64,000 bases of DNA from positions 238,268,001 through 238,332,000 of the forward strand of contig CM097885.1 of NCBI GenBank assembly GCA_044892525.1, given 5' to 3'. This document shows positions 20,049 through 32,740 of this stretch, piece by piece. The notes below the pieces were generated by a model. That model made no database searches. It was not told the origin of the DNA and was given only the letters and a program-made list of their open reading frames with translations. The translations under genes and the position numbers were made by a program. Positions within the stretch are counted from its first letter, which is position 1. Each line of letters begins with the position of its first letter. The stretch is from Schmidtea polychroa (Eukaryota).

Positions 20049-21209
20049 CAGGGATTGCATATTCGAAATTCGAAATTCGAGAATACCGGAATTCGTTTTC
20101 ATAAATATAGTTTCGAATTTCGGAAATTTCCCAGCGAATTCCGAATTTAAAATTTATTTTTTCGTGCTATCTCTAACTTGTAAATTGTATTTTCGTCCAT
20201 TGTGTTTACGTCCATAACAACTGATGGGGCAGCTGTGATGCAAAAAGTTGGGCGGCTTTTACCATGTAATCAGCAGTTATGCTTTGCACACGCGATACAT
20301 TTAGCTGTAGTTAATGTTCTGTATAATAATTCGATTACAACTGATGAATTGGTGGCTCACGCATATACAGAAAATGTTAGTGTAGAAGAACAAGGAAGTG
20401 ACTTCGAGAAATCAGAAGATGATGATGAAAGTGTTGGCTTGATTGAACAAATTTATATTGAAGATGAACATGTTGAGACTGAAGAATTTGGATTTGGTTT
20501 TCTCATCAAAAAAGTTCGTTCGATTGTAAAGAAATTTCGTTTTTCGAGAATATCGAATGATATCCTTCAAGTATACGTGAAACAAGAATTTGGAAAAGAG
20601 TTTAAGAGCTTAATTTCAAAAATTAAATCTGAAATGAAATTCTTTGAAGAAAACGGCTTTCGTAGCAAAATATTAGAGTCTGTCTACTCATTTTTGATTT
20701 TGATTCCGCGAGCCTTCCCAATTGCAGGTAACTTTTGTACAAAAGTTCGATCGAGACTCGGTGACACATCTTTAAGTGATCTCTGCTTCCTTACAGCATA
20801 TTTTAGGCAAACACAAGAATAATTTTATATTTTTTATAATTAAATGATATGCCATATTAGAATGTTTCTGTACTAATTGAATTTTTGTACAATAATTTTA
20901 TGTTTATATAACATTTTAAATAATATATTTTTAACTATTATTATATTGTTATGTAATAATTGAATTTGTGTACAATACATTTATGTTTATATTTCATTTT
21001 GAATGATATAATTTTATGTTCCATTTTTATTTAAAAAAAATAATATTATGCAATAAATAACAATAAATTATCTCAAATAAGTTAATTTTATTATTTGTAT
21101 AGACTTTAAAAAATTAACAATATTTCGGAATTCGATCGAATTCCGAAATATTTAACTTGCGAATTTCGAATTCCGATTTTTTTATTTTCCTCGAAATTTG
21201 CAATCCCTA
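20049..21209 (+). mobile_element. Internally deleted hAT DNA transposon
   Basis: TIRs CAGGGATTGCA / TGCAATCCCTA, subterminal TTCGAA/GGAATTCG repeats, internal transposase remnant. No perfect 8-bp TSD. Confidence 0.85.
20202..20822 (+). pseudogene. hAT transposase fragment
   Basis: SITTDGAAVM (catalytic D), CFAHAIHLAV (CxxH) and a dimerisation-domain-like tail RAFPIAGNFCTKVRSRLGDTSLSDLCFL. The N-terminus and much of the middle are missing. Confidence 0.85.
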
Positions 21210-21980
21210 TATTCAATAATGGGTACATGGAATCAGAATTTAAAAATATTCTTACTAAAACTTTTAAAACTTCAATAATATTGAAAAATTATAATAATTT
21301 TAGAATTTGTTTATTCAATCTATAATAATTATAGTTTTATTCTGTTGGGTTATTAATCAATAAAATCGATTAGTTTCTGACTCTTCATGTCCCTTTTTAT
21401 TACCCCGTTTTTCTTAACTTGCTTTCTTTTATGTTCGGGTGAAATCTTTCGATCGAATTTTGAAGCACTTCCCATAATCCAATTTCCCTGAAATTTTGTA
21501 TACATGCTTGCTTTCGATGACAACACAATATTTTAATACTTTCAGAACTTAATTATACTTTAATTAAGATTATTATTATTAATTAATTAAATTAATTATT
21601 ATTATTAATTAAAGTATAACAGATTTTTTAATTAATTAATTTGATCGAATCATAATCATTTCTTAAATTTTATTTAAAGTTTTGTGCTTAAAGTACAGTT
21701 TAGTACTTTTAGTAATAATACTATTATTCGTTACAGTTACCATGACTTTGTGGCGAAATTTAGAAAAAAGAAGTTCATTTTAGTACAAAGTGATTTTATA
21801 TAGAATAAATTGAGTGAAGTGAATAACATAATTACAGTATTGAGAAGTAGAAAAAAAATCAAATAAATATAAAAAAGGGAAAGGAAATATGAAAAAATTA
21901 GTAGATATAGTGATTAGCTAGCATTAATATTTAAATTAACTAAATATTAAAGAATAGTGAATTAGTGAAAAAGTGTAAAA

Positions 21981-22810
21981 TAATATGTAAAAATAACTTT
22001 TTAAAATACCACGTTTATTTGTGAACTAAAAAGAAGAAAATAATTTTTCTGGGCATAAATATCTTGAATACGTATATACTTAGTACTTACAGCAATATTC
22101 TATAATTAAAATCGTGGGGCGCATTTTAGAATAAGTATCAAATTATTTATGCATAAAGCCTTAATTATACTGGTAAAGCTATAAATATGTTGGTTTTCTA
22201 ATGGACATTTGGAACGGATTTTTCATGTTCACATTCATTTCAATAACAATTTTGAATGAAAGTAAAAAATATGTGAATTGAAAATTCTATTTATAAAATA
22301 TTCTGATAATGCACCTGAAAATAAGCAATTTAATGATTGAAAAATCATAGATTTTTTTTTAAAAAACGAAGTTCACGCAGTCTCATTAAGGGTTACAAGA
22401 GGAAATTAAAGCGATACAGTTAAAGTAGTAAACTTAATGCATTGAAAACTTCATGTTCTAGTGATTAACATTCACTAAAAATAACTCATTCAACGAGATT
22501 ACTACTTCATAGTCTTATCATTCTGATTTATATTTATCTTGATCCATATTATAAATTATATGCAGAAGTATATAACAGTTGTAATAATCACGTTAAGGAT
22601 TGAGCAATTTCAATATACTTGACTTTTCGAATTTATAAAAAATATTTTGATACTTATTCTGAAATGCGCGCCACGTTTTTAGTTATAGAATATTGCTGTA
22701 AGCTCTAAGTATATATGTATTCAAGATATTTATGCCCAGAAAAATTATTTTCTTCTTTTTAGTCCACAAGAAAGACGTGGTATTTTAAAAAGTTATTTTT
22801 ACACATATTA
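21981..22810. mobile_element. Non-autonomous foldback/MITE with ~165-bp TIRs
   Basis: 21981-22143 is the reverse complement of 22646-22810 with few mismatches (for example AAAAAGAAGAAAATAATTTTTCTGGGCATAAATATCTTGAATAC). Confidence 0.85.
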
Positions 22811-22829
22811 TATAAAATCAAATAACTAA

Positions 22830-23533
22830 ATCGAATACAAAACAAATTTATTGATTCTCCAAGTAATTTGTCACTAATTTGCAATCTTCTATGGGTAGTG
22901 ATCTTATCTGGAACGTTAAACTGATTTTGAATTATAATAAATGTTTTTTTGTTTCTTTCACTGGATTCAATTTTAGCTTCTTTTCAAATAATTCATTTCA
23001 TTTTTGTTGTCTTTTACCAAAAGCAATTCGCTTCTCGACAGTTCTCCCTTTTATACCCTCTCGTTTAAAACAATTTAATTATCTACCAACATTTATTCCC
23101 GAAATTCAGGTATAATTGTTTATACAGCAAGCAAATTATTCAACCCCGTCTTTTAAATTTTTCTAAAATGATTCTGATCATTAAATAATTCCCCAGACTT
23201 TCGTCACTGCTCGGCTCTCGATGTAGATAGGGTTGTCTATAGTGCTCGGGTTTCTCATTGATTCGGGCTTTCTATTACCTCAGGTTTCCATTAGCCAATT
23301 ATTTAAGTTTAAATAGTTTTTTTATTAAAACTTTCTGTAAGGACCCCTCACTAAATATTTATTATTATTTTTGTACTCATCTTATGATTTGGCAATCAGC
23401 TATTCCTCCCGATAAATATTAATTTCCAAATTTTATAAATGTTTAATTAATTTTTGCACTTCTATTATTTTGGTGTTTTTATTGATTATACTTGTATTTC
23501 TATTTTATTTTGCGCATTTCTACATTACCCAAA
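22830..23533. mobile_element. Diverged copy of the 13225-14021 repeat family
   Basis: Colinear shared motifs (TTTATT, GCTCGGGTT, GGACCCC, TGGTGTTTTTAT, terminal ACCCAA). Confidence 0.5.
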
Positions 23534-24072
23534 GTAAATCTCTGGAAATGTATTGAAAATTGTATGTTTGAGTGACTCTTTTTATTAATTTTAAAAACAT
23601 TTCAAAAAATTTATTGGATAATTTAAACAAAATAAAATTATAATTAAACCTCAAAATAAAAAAAAAATTATTAATAAACAAATTCATTTAACCTATGTCA
23701 ACATTGCACATAAATGAGGAAAATTTGTTTATTTAAATATATCGCAAAATAAACAATTTATTCTTATAAACAAATATTCCTCAGAAACCAAACTCGGGTA
23801 ACATTAATCATCGTTTGAGACAACTATCCCACATTTGAGTATAGAATTTTCACAACGCATCATTTATTAAAAGCAAAAGTTTATATGACAACTTAAATCA
23901 CGTAATTTGCATCCAATTATTTATTTTTCTAAAAATTATGTATTTAAATATCGATAATCTACAAATAATTGCAATATTATAATGGAATAAATTTGGGAAT
24001 TAGTTTCTATTTTGTGAAATTATATTAGATAAGACGTGGATTCAACCAATCATTATTTTGATAACTTAAAAA

Positions 24073-24078
<6 letters not shown>

Positions 24079-24148
<70 letters not shown>
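24079..24148. repeat. (TA)n microsatellite
   Basis: Directly visible. Confidence 0.95.
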
Positions 24149-24154
<6 letters not shown>

Positions 24155-24297
24155 TATTTTTTAATCTTTAAAATATTTTATTTCAATATTAGTTTTTATT
24201 AAATCATTTCCAATATTTTGCATTATGTGATAAATATTATGGTAAAACAACAACCACTACAATCATAATAATAACAACAACAAATAATATGATAATA

Positions 24298-24299
24298 AA

Positions 24300-24368
<69 letters not shown>
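24298..24368. repeat. (AAT)n microsatellite
   Basis: Directly visible. Confidence 0.95.
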
Positions 24369-26357
24369 TTTAAAATTCAAAAGTTTAAAATTATTTAAAA
24401 TTAATAAATTCAATATTTTTTTTTATTTCTTGACATTTTTATCTATATTTGTTTTTAAATGTTTTTTCAAGTAAATTTTTAAAAGATTTGTTGAAATTTG
24501 AGAAATAAATTGAGACAATCATTTTTTTTATAAAAGCAAAGTGGAAATTATTTCCTTTCGTGAATTCAATAAAATATTTCAAAAATAAAAAAAAAATATT
24601 GAGATTAGTTTCTTTTTTAAAATTCAGCGTTTATTGTTCGTCTTTGATGAAAATTCTTCGGTAATTCTGAGATTTTGTAGATCTTTGTCATATATTAGAA
24701 TTTTTATGATATTATTCCATTTGACTGACATTTTTGAAGATTCCTGACGTGAATTGTTTTATATATTGAATTCTTTTTATTAAAATTCAGTAGCAAAAAG
24801 TATAAAAAAAGTTCAGCAGGATTTTGAAATATATTTAATAATTTTATTTAATATTTTTACAATTTTTTTAGATTGGTAATAATAACTAAAAAGCAATAAT
24901 AATTAAAAGTAAATAAATTAATTAAATTAATCTTAATTTTTATGACTTATTTTCTTATTTTTATGATTATAAATAATAAATAATATTAATAAAGTAATTA
25001 TAATAGTGTGTATTTATTAAATCTTAGGGGATTTTATGAAAAGGATTTTAAGATAAGTTTTTCTTTGTATATTTTTCCCATTTGAATTTTCGTAATGAGT
25101 TTATTATCTATTGTAGAAAAATTTACAGAAACACTTAAAACATTTGAAACTAAAATAAATATACATATTAAGAAAATTAAGAAAATGAAAATAATATCAT
25201 TGTGAAAATTTCGTTAAAAAAACAGAATTTTTACAGGCAGAATATTGAAAATAAATTAATAATTTCAAAAATTAATTTTTATCTGTTTATGTTTTTAAGA
25301 AAGAAAAAGAACGATTCACTTTTTATTATTAAATTAAATAAATTCTTCTACATGATTCAATAACGTGAGATAGGTTCCCTTTCAAGGCATTTCAATTTTA
25401 TCAATACTATTAAAACAAAATATCAAAAATGTATGTAATTAATGAAAACAATTTATTCTGAAATATATTTGCATAACATATTGGTCATTGTGATAGTAAA
25501 AGCCACGAGAATATCAAAGTAAAAATAGATGTTGGAATTTTTATATTCTAATTCTTTTCCTGTAAAAATAATATTAATATTTATACTATTTTTAAACTAT
25601 AAAACATGTATTTTAATTCGACATTCAATGAATTTTCAATGAAAATACACTAATAAAATCGGATTCCCAGGTACTATTTGGAATTTAAACAAACCTAACA
25701 AAGAGGTTTCTATATATAAACCGACGAAATGTACATTAATCATGAAATAAATTGGAAACATAAACATTGCATGATTTTTATAATTTTTCTATTGTTAACA
25801 TTATCATATTATGATACAACCTGATCGAATATTTTCATAAAGAATAAGATTACTACGGACTAAAAATAACTAATAACATCAAAATTTGATAAAATTAGGC
25901 TATTATTTTTAAATTATTCTATTCTAGTTTACTTTTTATTGTGCATCATTCCGTTTTCAGATGTTGCAAAATTTCATTATTTTTAATAGAAAATGATATT
26001 TTTTAATTATATTAAAAATATTTGAAATGAAATAAGTACTTTCTTGTCAAAAAGTAAACTTTTAATTTTAATTTTTAAATTTTTCTATTTGTCATTTAAA
26101 ATAGGTGAAATAATATTCAGTAAAAATAATTCAAAATAATATATTTGTTTATTTCTTGCAATATATATTTTTTTAAATATTTTTAAATTTTAAACTTTCG
26201 GAACTTTAAGTTAATAAGTAATCAAAAAGATTGGGATCATAAAATCGAAAAAATATTTTTTAACTATTTCACTTTCTGCTTAGATTTTATACCTGCCCAG
26301 GAGACCTCGCACGGTTGAACGTAGAATATAAAAATATTTTAAATTTAAAATAATTAC

Positions 26358-26631
26358 TTTCTCCAAAATTGATAAATAAAGATTTGTTGAGGTTTTGCTT
26401 TTGATTTTGAAAGTAGATGGCTAATATCAGATTATAAGTTAATATATTTATTATTTATTTTTATTACCTTTAATACTTCCTGTATTACTGTCAATAGCTT
26501 TTTTGTTCTTTTGAGTATTCAAAAGTTTCCTATAATCATTTGCAATGCTCAAATAACTATCTAAAATTAAAATTAAATGATTTCTTTAAAGTTCTACTTA
26601 CCCCATGAATCATGATTCACTGGTTTGAATT
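26358..26631 (-). CDS. Candidate short exons of an unidentified host gene
   Basis: Putative exons 26602-26631, 26468-26560 and 26358-26420, separated by 41-47 nt GT-AG introns, join in frame (FKPVNHDSWDSYLSIANDYRKLLNTQKNKKAIDSNTGSIKAIYFQ...). No start codon or homology established. Confidence 0.35.
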
Positions 26632-28149
26632 CTATAAATTAAACAGTAATTAATAATAATTATAATCAGAAATGGTTTTATAATATGTAAAAACACTACT
26701 ATTGGTTTTAAGAAGTGCCCCAAGTGACAATGAATAATAGCATAAAAAATAAAGACCAATAACGAAGTAGCATTGAATAGTTAGAAAATTTAATCCCTTG
26801 TTTCAAATTAAATTTGTTATAAGCAGACAACTGTGTACAATTCCCGATGCATGCACACATATTTTATGATATGCATTCAGAATGACGAGACAAATGCAAA
26901 ATACATTTGGTTCTATGCAAATCCGACGGTCAATCTTAATAACAAATCAGTAGCCTTTACACTGACTGTTAATGAGCGGAGAGTAAAATAATATGTAAGG
27001 ACAGGCGTTAATTTAAATAACAAAGTGTCCTTTTTCCAAAATTTTGACTTTAAAGTGTAATTTTTTTACATAAACTAAATTTTAAGTAATGTGATTATTC
27101 AGTGTCTAGCAGTTGCTGTTTATTGTCACTTAGTACATAAAAAATTAATTTTTACAATTAAAATTTCGTTGAATTTCGATTTTTGTAAATTTTAAAATTA
27201 ATCTAATTGTGATAATCCATCCAAAATAATATTAACCAAATTTAAATAAAATAAAATAAAATACCTCAATATCTAATAATGACTAAGATGACCGTGCTCC
27301 CCAGAAGGTTATATGGACGAACCCAAAACACCACTGATCTTTACTAAGATAACTTAATACTAATTAGCAGTATTTTATTTTAATGTGGCACATTTTTTAC
27401 CTTATTATGTCAAGATTATTTAAAGATTTACATGTACTGACTGCTCTGGAGATTCAGAAATTAATTCTAATTATTTTTGTTCAATATCATATTTTAATGA
27501 TTCACACAGCTTTTTATTTGTTCCCTGTTTCACTATTCTAGAAAACGAAAATACAACAATAACTAGAGACTGATAAAATGAAGAGGTTATTCCAGAGGTC
27601 AGGTCATTCAGATTGCATAAAGACTTTCCTGTTAAAAATTGACTAACGCTCTTTTGTCTGATGGAAATACAGTTCTTTGACATTTATTTCTTTGGAATAT
27701 TGATTAGCTATAACATATTTCATTTAAAAGAATGAAATGGAGATTTTATGTAATAGTTTAGGGTTGTTAATTTTTGCTTGTCGTTAGATCAAAGAGCTAA
27801 ATCTTCAAATCTTGAAGGAGGTTATATTGTTTTTGCCAAAGCAGTTTCAAAATACAACCCGAAATATGAAACAATGATTTTAATATAATAAAATCCATGT
27901 GATGACACTCCGTTAAATTATAAAGGATGACCGAAAAAAAGAACAAAACATGACCAAAACACATATTTTAATATTCATTCGAGTGTTACATCTCTCTGAT
28001 TTATGAAATTAACTCCAATATCATTGGCCATAAATTAGCTATCTGAAATCACCACTCACGATAACTTGAACGACCTAATCAATATAGGATTAAATTATAT
28101 TCGGTTCATAATTTTATTTCTCAAAATATTCGCCAGCTCAATCAATAAG

Positions 28150-28220
28150 TTTCAAACATTTGAACATTTGTGGAATGACCTTAAAAAAAATGTGGAAAAA
28201 AGCCAAATCATCAAACAAAA
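28150..28220 (+). pseudogene. Possible Tc1-like transposase remnant
   Basis: FEHLWNDLKKNV resembles the Tc1 NPIEHLW..LK motif; very short. Confidence 0.3.
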
Positions 28221-28753
28221 CAGAATTGTTTTTATTATTTTTTTTATTTCAGAGCTGTCATTTTGTGGCGCTTTTCTAAATCATCATTTGTATTTCATTT
28301 AGAATTTATAAAATGTCATGTAAAACTAAGGGTTTACATAAACCTTTTTACGATTTTAGGAATTTTTTATTTACCACCCAAAATACCTTATGAAATTTGC
28401 AATTTTGAAAACATGTTTTTAGAGTTAACATGTTTTTGGATTTTATTGTAAAATATGTATAGTTTGACATAAGGGAAAGAAAATAATTATTTGTATAGAT
28501 CGAAAAGATATAATCTGTAGAAGAAAAAATCCTTTCTTTGAAAATATTTTCATATTTTTGAAGAAAGTGAAACCGTTGTATTTAATTGAATTAAAATTAT
28601 ATAAATAGAAAGCTTAAAACGAGTCGTTTTGCATAAATGACTATGGAAACCCTATCGCGCCCAAAATTAAGATTTCTTGATATAAATCTCCTTGCTTGAG
28701 TATTGTATATCAGGTAGTTCTTTCTTTTTTTAGGTATTTATTTGAATGCACCT

Positions 28754-28964
28754 TGTGAGGCGTTTTGTAATTTGTATTTAAATAATGGTATGATGTTGTG
28801 CATGTTTGATTGTATGTTGAAATCCTTACTTATACATTAATTATTATTTTTAGAAACTCCTCAAACAAATTAACGTTATAATTTGTTTTAATAATATTTG
28901 TGTTTTTATAATAAACGTGTTTTTGTTATGGATTTTATTAATACCCGTAGCTCTGTGGCTAATA
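28754..28964 (+). repeat. 5' LTR (TGTGAG...GCTAATA)
   Basis: Matches 61617-61827 except one T/C substitution (GATTTTATTA vs GATTCTATTA). Confidence 0.97.
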
Positions 28965-29992
28965 TGGCGACCACGATTGCAAATTTTATCAAGCCACCAG
29001 AAACATATGACATGGATTCAGACGTGGAAGATTTTATCTTAGAAACGGAACGATTCTTCGAGATGACAAATATTGTCGATGAATACAGAAGCAAATTCGT
29101 CAAAGCTTTTCTATCAATCAATTCAACGAAGAAATATGAGTTGACTAATGAAACTCTGCATTATACAGAAAGATTAAGAAACGCTTTTGCTAAGAACAGA
29201 AGTCTTATCGATGATCTCAACGAAGCGCTAAATTATCGTCAAGGAAATGAGGCTGCCGAAGAATTCTGCTCAAAAATTGAGAAACTTGCAAAAAATATTT
29301 TGAAGCATAAACTTGATGAAGAAGAACTAAAGAAATTTTTGCTATTCAATTCGCTTGAAGATAAAGAAGTTAAAAAAGATCTCAAAATGCAAGATTTAAA
29401 ATCATTTGATGAAATGAAAGAAAGATTAAAGAGACACGATCAAGTTTCAAAAGAAATTAATGTATTTCATGCTGATGTAGCTTCAATGAATAAAACACAA
29501 CGCTATGCTGATGCTGTTAAGAAGAGCTTACCAAGATATAGTTATGATAACAGATCAATTCGAGAACGAGAAGCTAATCCCAGATTCAAAGATGAATATA
29601 CAAGAGAACCTCAACATAATCCAAGATTCAAAGGCGATCTTACCAGAGAACATCGATATGCTATTTCAAATGGATGGAAACCTATGAATAGAAGTAAGCC
29701 TTATAATACCAGGGAATTTCATTCGCGAGATCATGTCCGAAGAAATCAAATTTTGCGATGTTGGGCGTGCCACGAAGAAGGTCATAGAAGATCTGAATGC
29801 CCCAATATTCAATGTGCCCATTGTAAAAGATCTGGACATTTCAAACATCAGTGCCATGAGTTATTCCCAGGCAGACGTCGAAAACTCCATAAATCAGTGG
29901 CTGCATTCGGTGACGAGGATGCAGAGGCTGATTTTGAGTACCCAAATGGGAATGCTCCACCACACGAGGAGGTGATCGGAGCAATAAATTAA
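28964..29992 (+). CDS. gag: Gag with two CCHC zinc knuckles
   Basis: CWACHEEGHRRSEC and CAHCKRSGHFKHQC. Likely start MATTIANF at 28964; an alternative ATG lies at 28928 inside the LTR. Confidence 0.92.
   Translation: MATTIANFIKPPETYDMDSDVEDFILETERFFEMTNIVDEYRSKFVKAFLSINSTKKYELTNETLHYTERLRNAFAKNRSLIDDLNEALNYRQGNEAAEEFCSKIEKLAKNILKHKLDEEELKKFLLFNSLEDKEVKKDLKMQDLKSFDEMKERLKRHDQVSKEINVFHADVASMNKTQRYADAVKKSLPRYSYDNRSIREREANPRFKDEYTREPQHNPRFKGDLTREHRYAISNGWKPMNRSKPYNTREFHSRDHVRRNQILRCWACHEEGHRRSECPNIQCAHCKRSGHFKHQCHELFPGRRRKLHKSVAAFGDEDAEADFEYPNGNAPPHEEVIGAIN
28965..28976 (+). promoter_or_regulatory. Primer binding site TGGCGACCACGA (probably tRNA-Arg)
   Basis: Starts with TGG directly after the LTR. 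Complementary to a tRNA 3' end ...UCGUGGUCG-CCA, which resembles tRNA-Arg(UCG) types (inference). Confidence 0.75.
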
Positions 29993-30748
29993 AGGTAATT
30001 AATGATATGAGTAAGGGTTGTATGATTTTGAATGATTGTGATAGTTTGAATGATTGTGATAGTTTGAATGATAACTGTTGTGATGGTGTTTTTGATTATA
30101 GAAATTATATTAATATATACATTAATAAATTTTGTATGGATGAAGTTTTTAAAGATCCACCCCTAACTTCTAATGAAATAAATGTTCTTAATCGTGATAA
30201 ACGGAATGATATAATAGTATACGATAAAATGCAGGGAAGGCCCAGTGTTACCGTGATGATTAATAATGTAAAATTAGTATGCCTATTAGATACTGGAGCT
30301 AAAATAAGTGTGATTGATTATAATATTTTTAAAAAACTTGGAAATTTGAATATGACTACAAGTAATTTAAAATTAAGATGTGCGAATGATAGCCCGATTG
30401 AAATTTGCGGTAAAACTTTATTAAATGTAAAAGTTGATAAAATTTCTGATATTAAAAAAGTAGAATTGGTTGTAGCCAAAGATATAAACCCAAAGTTAAT
30501 AGGAGGTATAGATTTTCTCGAAAGATTTGGAATGCAATTGCAAATAGAAAACCGTACAGGCGAAATAAATACAATTATGGAAAATTCATTTAAGAACCAC
30601 ATAAGTGAAGATAAGATTATAAATAATTTAATTTCTACGTTTGACGGTATTTTTATGAAACATAAATGGGATGTTGGAAAAACCGAACTATTAAAGCATG
30701 AAATACTTACTAAAGGTAGTCCGATTGTAATAAACCCAAGACGACAAC
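29938..30748 (+). CDS. pol: Pol 5' part: aspartic protease and start of RT, cut by the Polinton-type insertion
   Basis: LLDTGAKISVI and LIGGIDFL protease motifs. Ends ...INPRRQ and rejoins PIHLVEKIEENIQEML at 59229 when the insertion and one TSD copy are removed. Confidence 0.93.
29941..29983 (+). promoter_or_regulatory. Predicted -1 ribosomal frameshift signal
   Basis: C CCA AAT heptamer in the gag frame, 5-nt spacer, then a TGCTCC/GGAGCA stem. The pol frame is -1 relative to gag and open from 29938. Confidence 0.75.
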
Positions 30749-30879
30749 AGTAGGTAGATAGTAGCCTACGGGAACAATGGGGGGGGGGTACCCCCCCCAT
30801 TGTTCCCAATTTTTTATTACGCAATTGTTCCCAACTCATTTTTTTGCTTTCAGGGAATTTTAGTCCAAATTTTTTTTTT

Positions 30880-31700
30880 ATCACACTATAGTGAGGGGGT
30901 CTCGATGGTCCTGGGATTTTCAATACAAAAATTTTTTTTCAATACAAAAATCCGACTTCCACTAAAAAAGCATAGAATTTTCAGACTATAGTGCGGGGGT
31001 CTCGATGGTCCTGGGATTTTCAATACAAAAATCCGACTACCACTAAAAAAGCATGGATTTTTCTAGGTCAATTCAGGTGGGTCTCCTTGGTCCTGGGATT
31101 TTCAATACAAAAAAAATTTTTCAATACAAAAAGCTGGTCTACACTAAAAAAGCATAGTAATTTAAGGTCTCAGGATATTTTCAATACAAAAAGCTGGTCT
31201 ACACTAAAAAAGTCAAGGATTTTTCAGACTATAGTGAGGTGAGTCTCCTTGGTCCTGAGAAATAGGTGGTCTACACTAGAAAAACGTGGTAATTTAAGGT
31301 CTCAGGATATTTTCAATACAAAAAGCTGGTCTACACTAAAAAAGCATGGTAATTTAAGGTCTCAGGATATTTTCAATACAAAAAGCTGGTCTACACTAAA
31401 AAAGCCAAGGATTTTTCAGACTATAGTTAGGGGGTCTCGATGGTCCTGGAATTTTCAATACAAAAAAATTTTTTTCTATACAAAAATCCGACTATCAATA
31501 AAAAAGCATCGTAATTTAAGGTCTCATTATATTTTCAATACAAAAAGCTGGTCTACACTAAAAAAGCATGGTAATTTAAGGTCTCAGGATATTTTCAATA
31601 CAAATAGGTGGTCTACACTAAAAAAGCCAAGGATTTTTCAGACTATAGTGAGGTGAGTCTCCTTGGTCCTGAGAAATAGGTGGTCTACACTAAAAACGTG
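30880..31700. repeat. Subterminal repeat zone A of the outer element (mirror at ~58140-59095)
   Basis: Shuffled units GGTCTCGATGGTCCTGGGATTTTCAATACAAAA and GCTGGTCTACACTAAAAAAGCATGGTAATTTAAGGTCTCAGGATATTTTCAATAC. Confidence 0.9.
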
Positions 31701-31714
31701 GTAAATTTTTCAAT

Positions 31715-32740
31715 TAAAGTAAATAATGGTCCAAATTTTAAAAATTAAAGTAAATTATGGTTCTAAAAATTAAATGATAGTAAATTATGGCTCAAATTTT
31801 TAAATTACAGTAAATTATGGTCCTAAAAAATTAAATTACAGTAAATTATGGGTCTAAAAAATTAAATTACAGTAAATTATGGTCCAAATTTTTAAATTAA
31901 AGTAAATTATGGGTCTAAAAAATTAAATTACAGTAAATAATGGTCCAAATTTTTAAATTACAGTAAATTATGGTTCTAAAAATTAAATTACAGTAAATTA
32001 TGGCTCAAATTTTTGAATTACAGTAAATTATGGTCCTAAAAAATTAAATTAAAAGTAAATTATGGCTCAAATTTTTGAATTACAGTAAATAATGGTTCTT
32101 AAAAATTAAATTACAGTAAATTATGGTCAAAATTTTTGAATTACAGTAAATTATGGTCAAAATTTTTGAATTACAGTAAATTATGGTCCAAAAAATTAAA
32201 TTAAAGTAAATTATGGTCCTAAAAATTAAATTAAAGTAAATTATGGTTCTAAAAAATTAAATTACAGTAAATTATGGTTCTAAAAATTAAATTACAGTAA
32301 ATAATGGTCCTAAAAAATTAAATTACAGTAAATTATGGTCCAAATTTTTGAATTAAAGTAAATTATGGTTCTAAAAATTAAATTAAAAGTAAATTATGGT
32401 TCTAAATTTTTCAAATACAGTAAATTATGGTCCTAAAAAATTAAATTACAGTTAATTATGGCTCAAATTTTTAAATTACAGTAAATTATGGTCCAAATTT
32501 TTAAATTAAAGTAAATTATGGTTCTAAAAATTAAATTAAAGTAAATTAAGGTTCTAAATTTTAAATTAAAGTAAATTAAGGTTCTAAAAAATTAAAATAA
32601 AGTAAATTGAGGTCCAAATTTTTAAATTAAGTAATCAATGGTAAAAAATTTTAAATAAGTAAATTAAAGTAATAATTTTTAAATTAAGTAATCAATGGTA
32701 AAAAATTTTAAATAAGTAAATTAAAGTAAATTAAAGTAAG
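31715..32740. repeat. Subterminal ~30-31-bp minisatellite, zone B (mirror at ~57470-58130)
   Basis: About 30 copies of AGTAAATTATGGT(C/T)C...AAATT. Confidence 0.92.

Noticed and set aside
27263..27707. Additional minus-strand exons
   Set aside because: Splice-like signals exist, but every frame tried contained stops.
30800..31656. Repetitive ORFs in the outer element's arm (also 58907-59194)
   Set aside because: They arise from stop-poor tandem repeats, differ between arms and have no protein motifs.
30880..32740. CRISPR-like array
   Set aside because: Units are tandem or shuffled with no unique spacers, there are no cas genes, and the context is eukaryotic.
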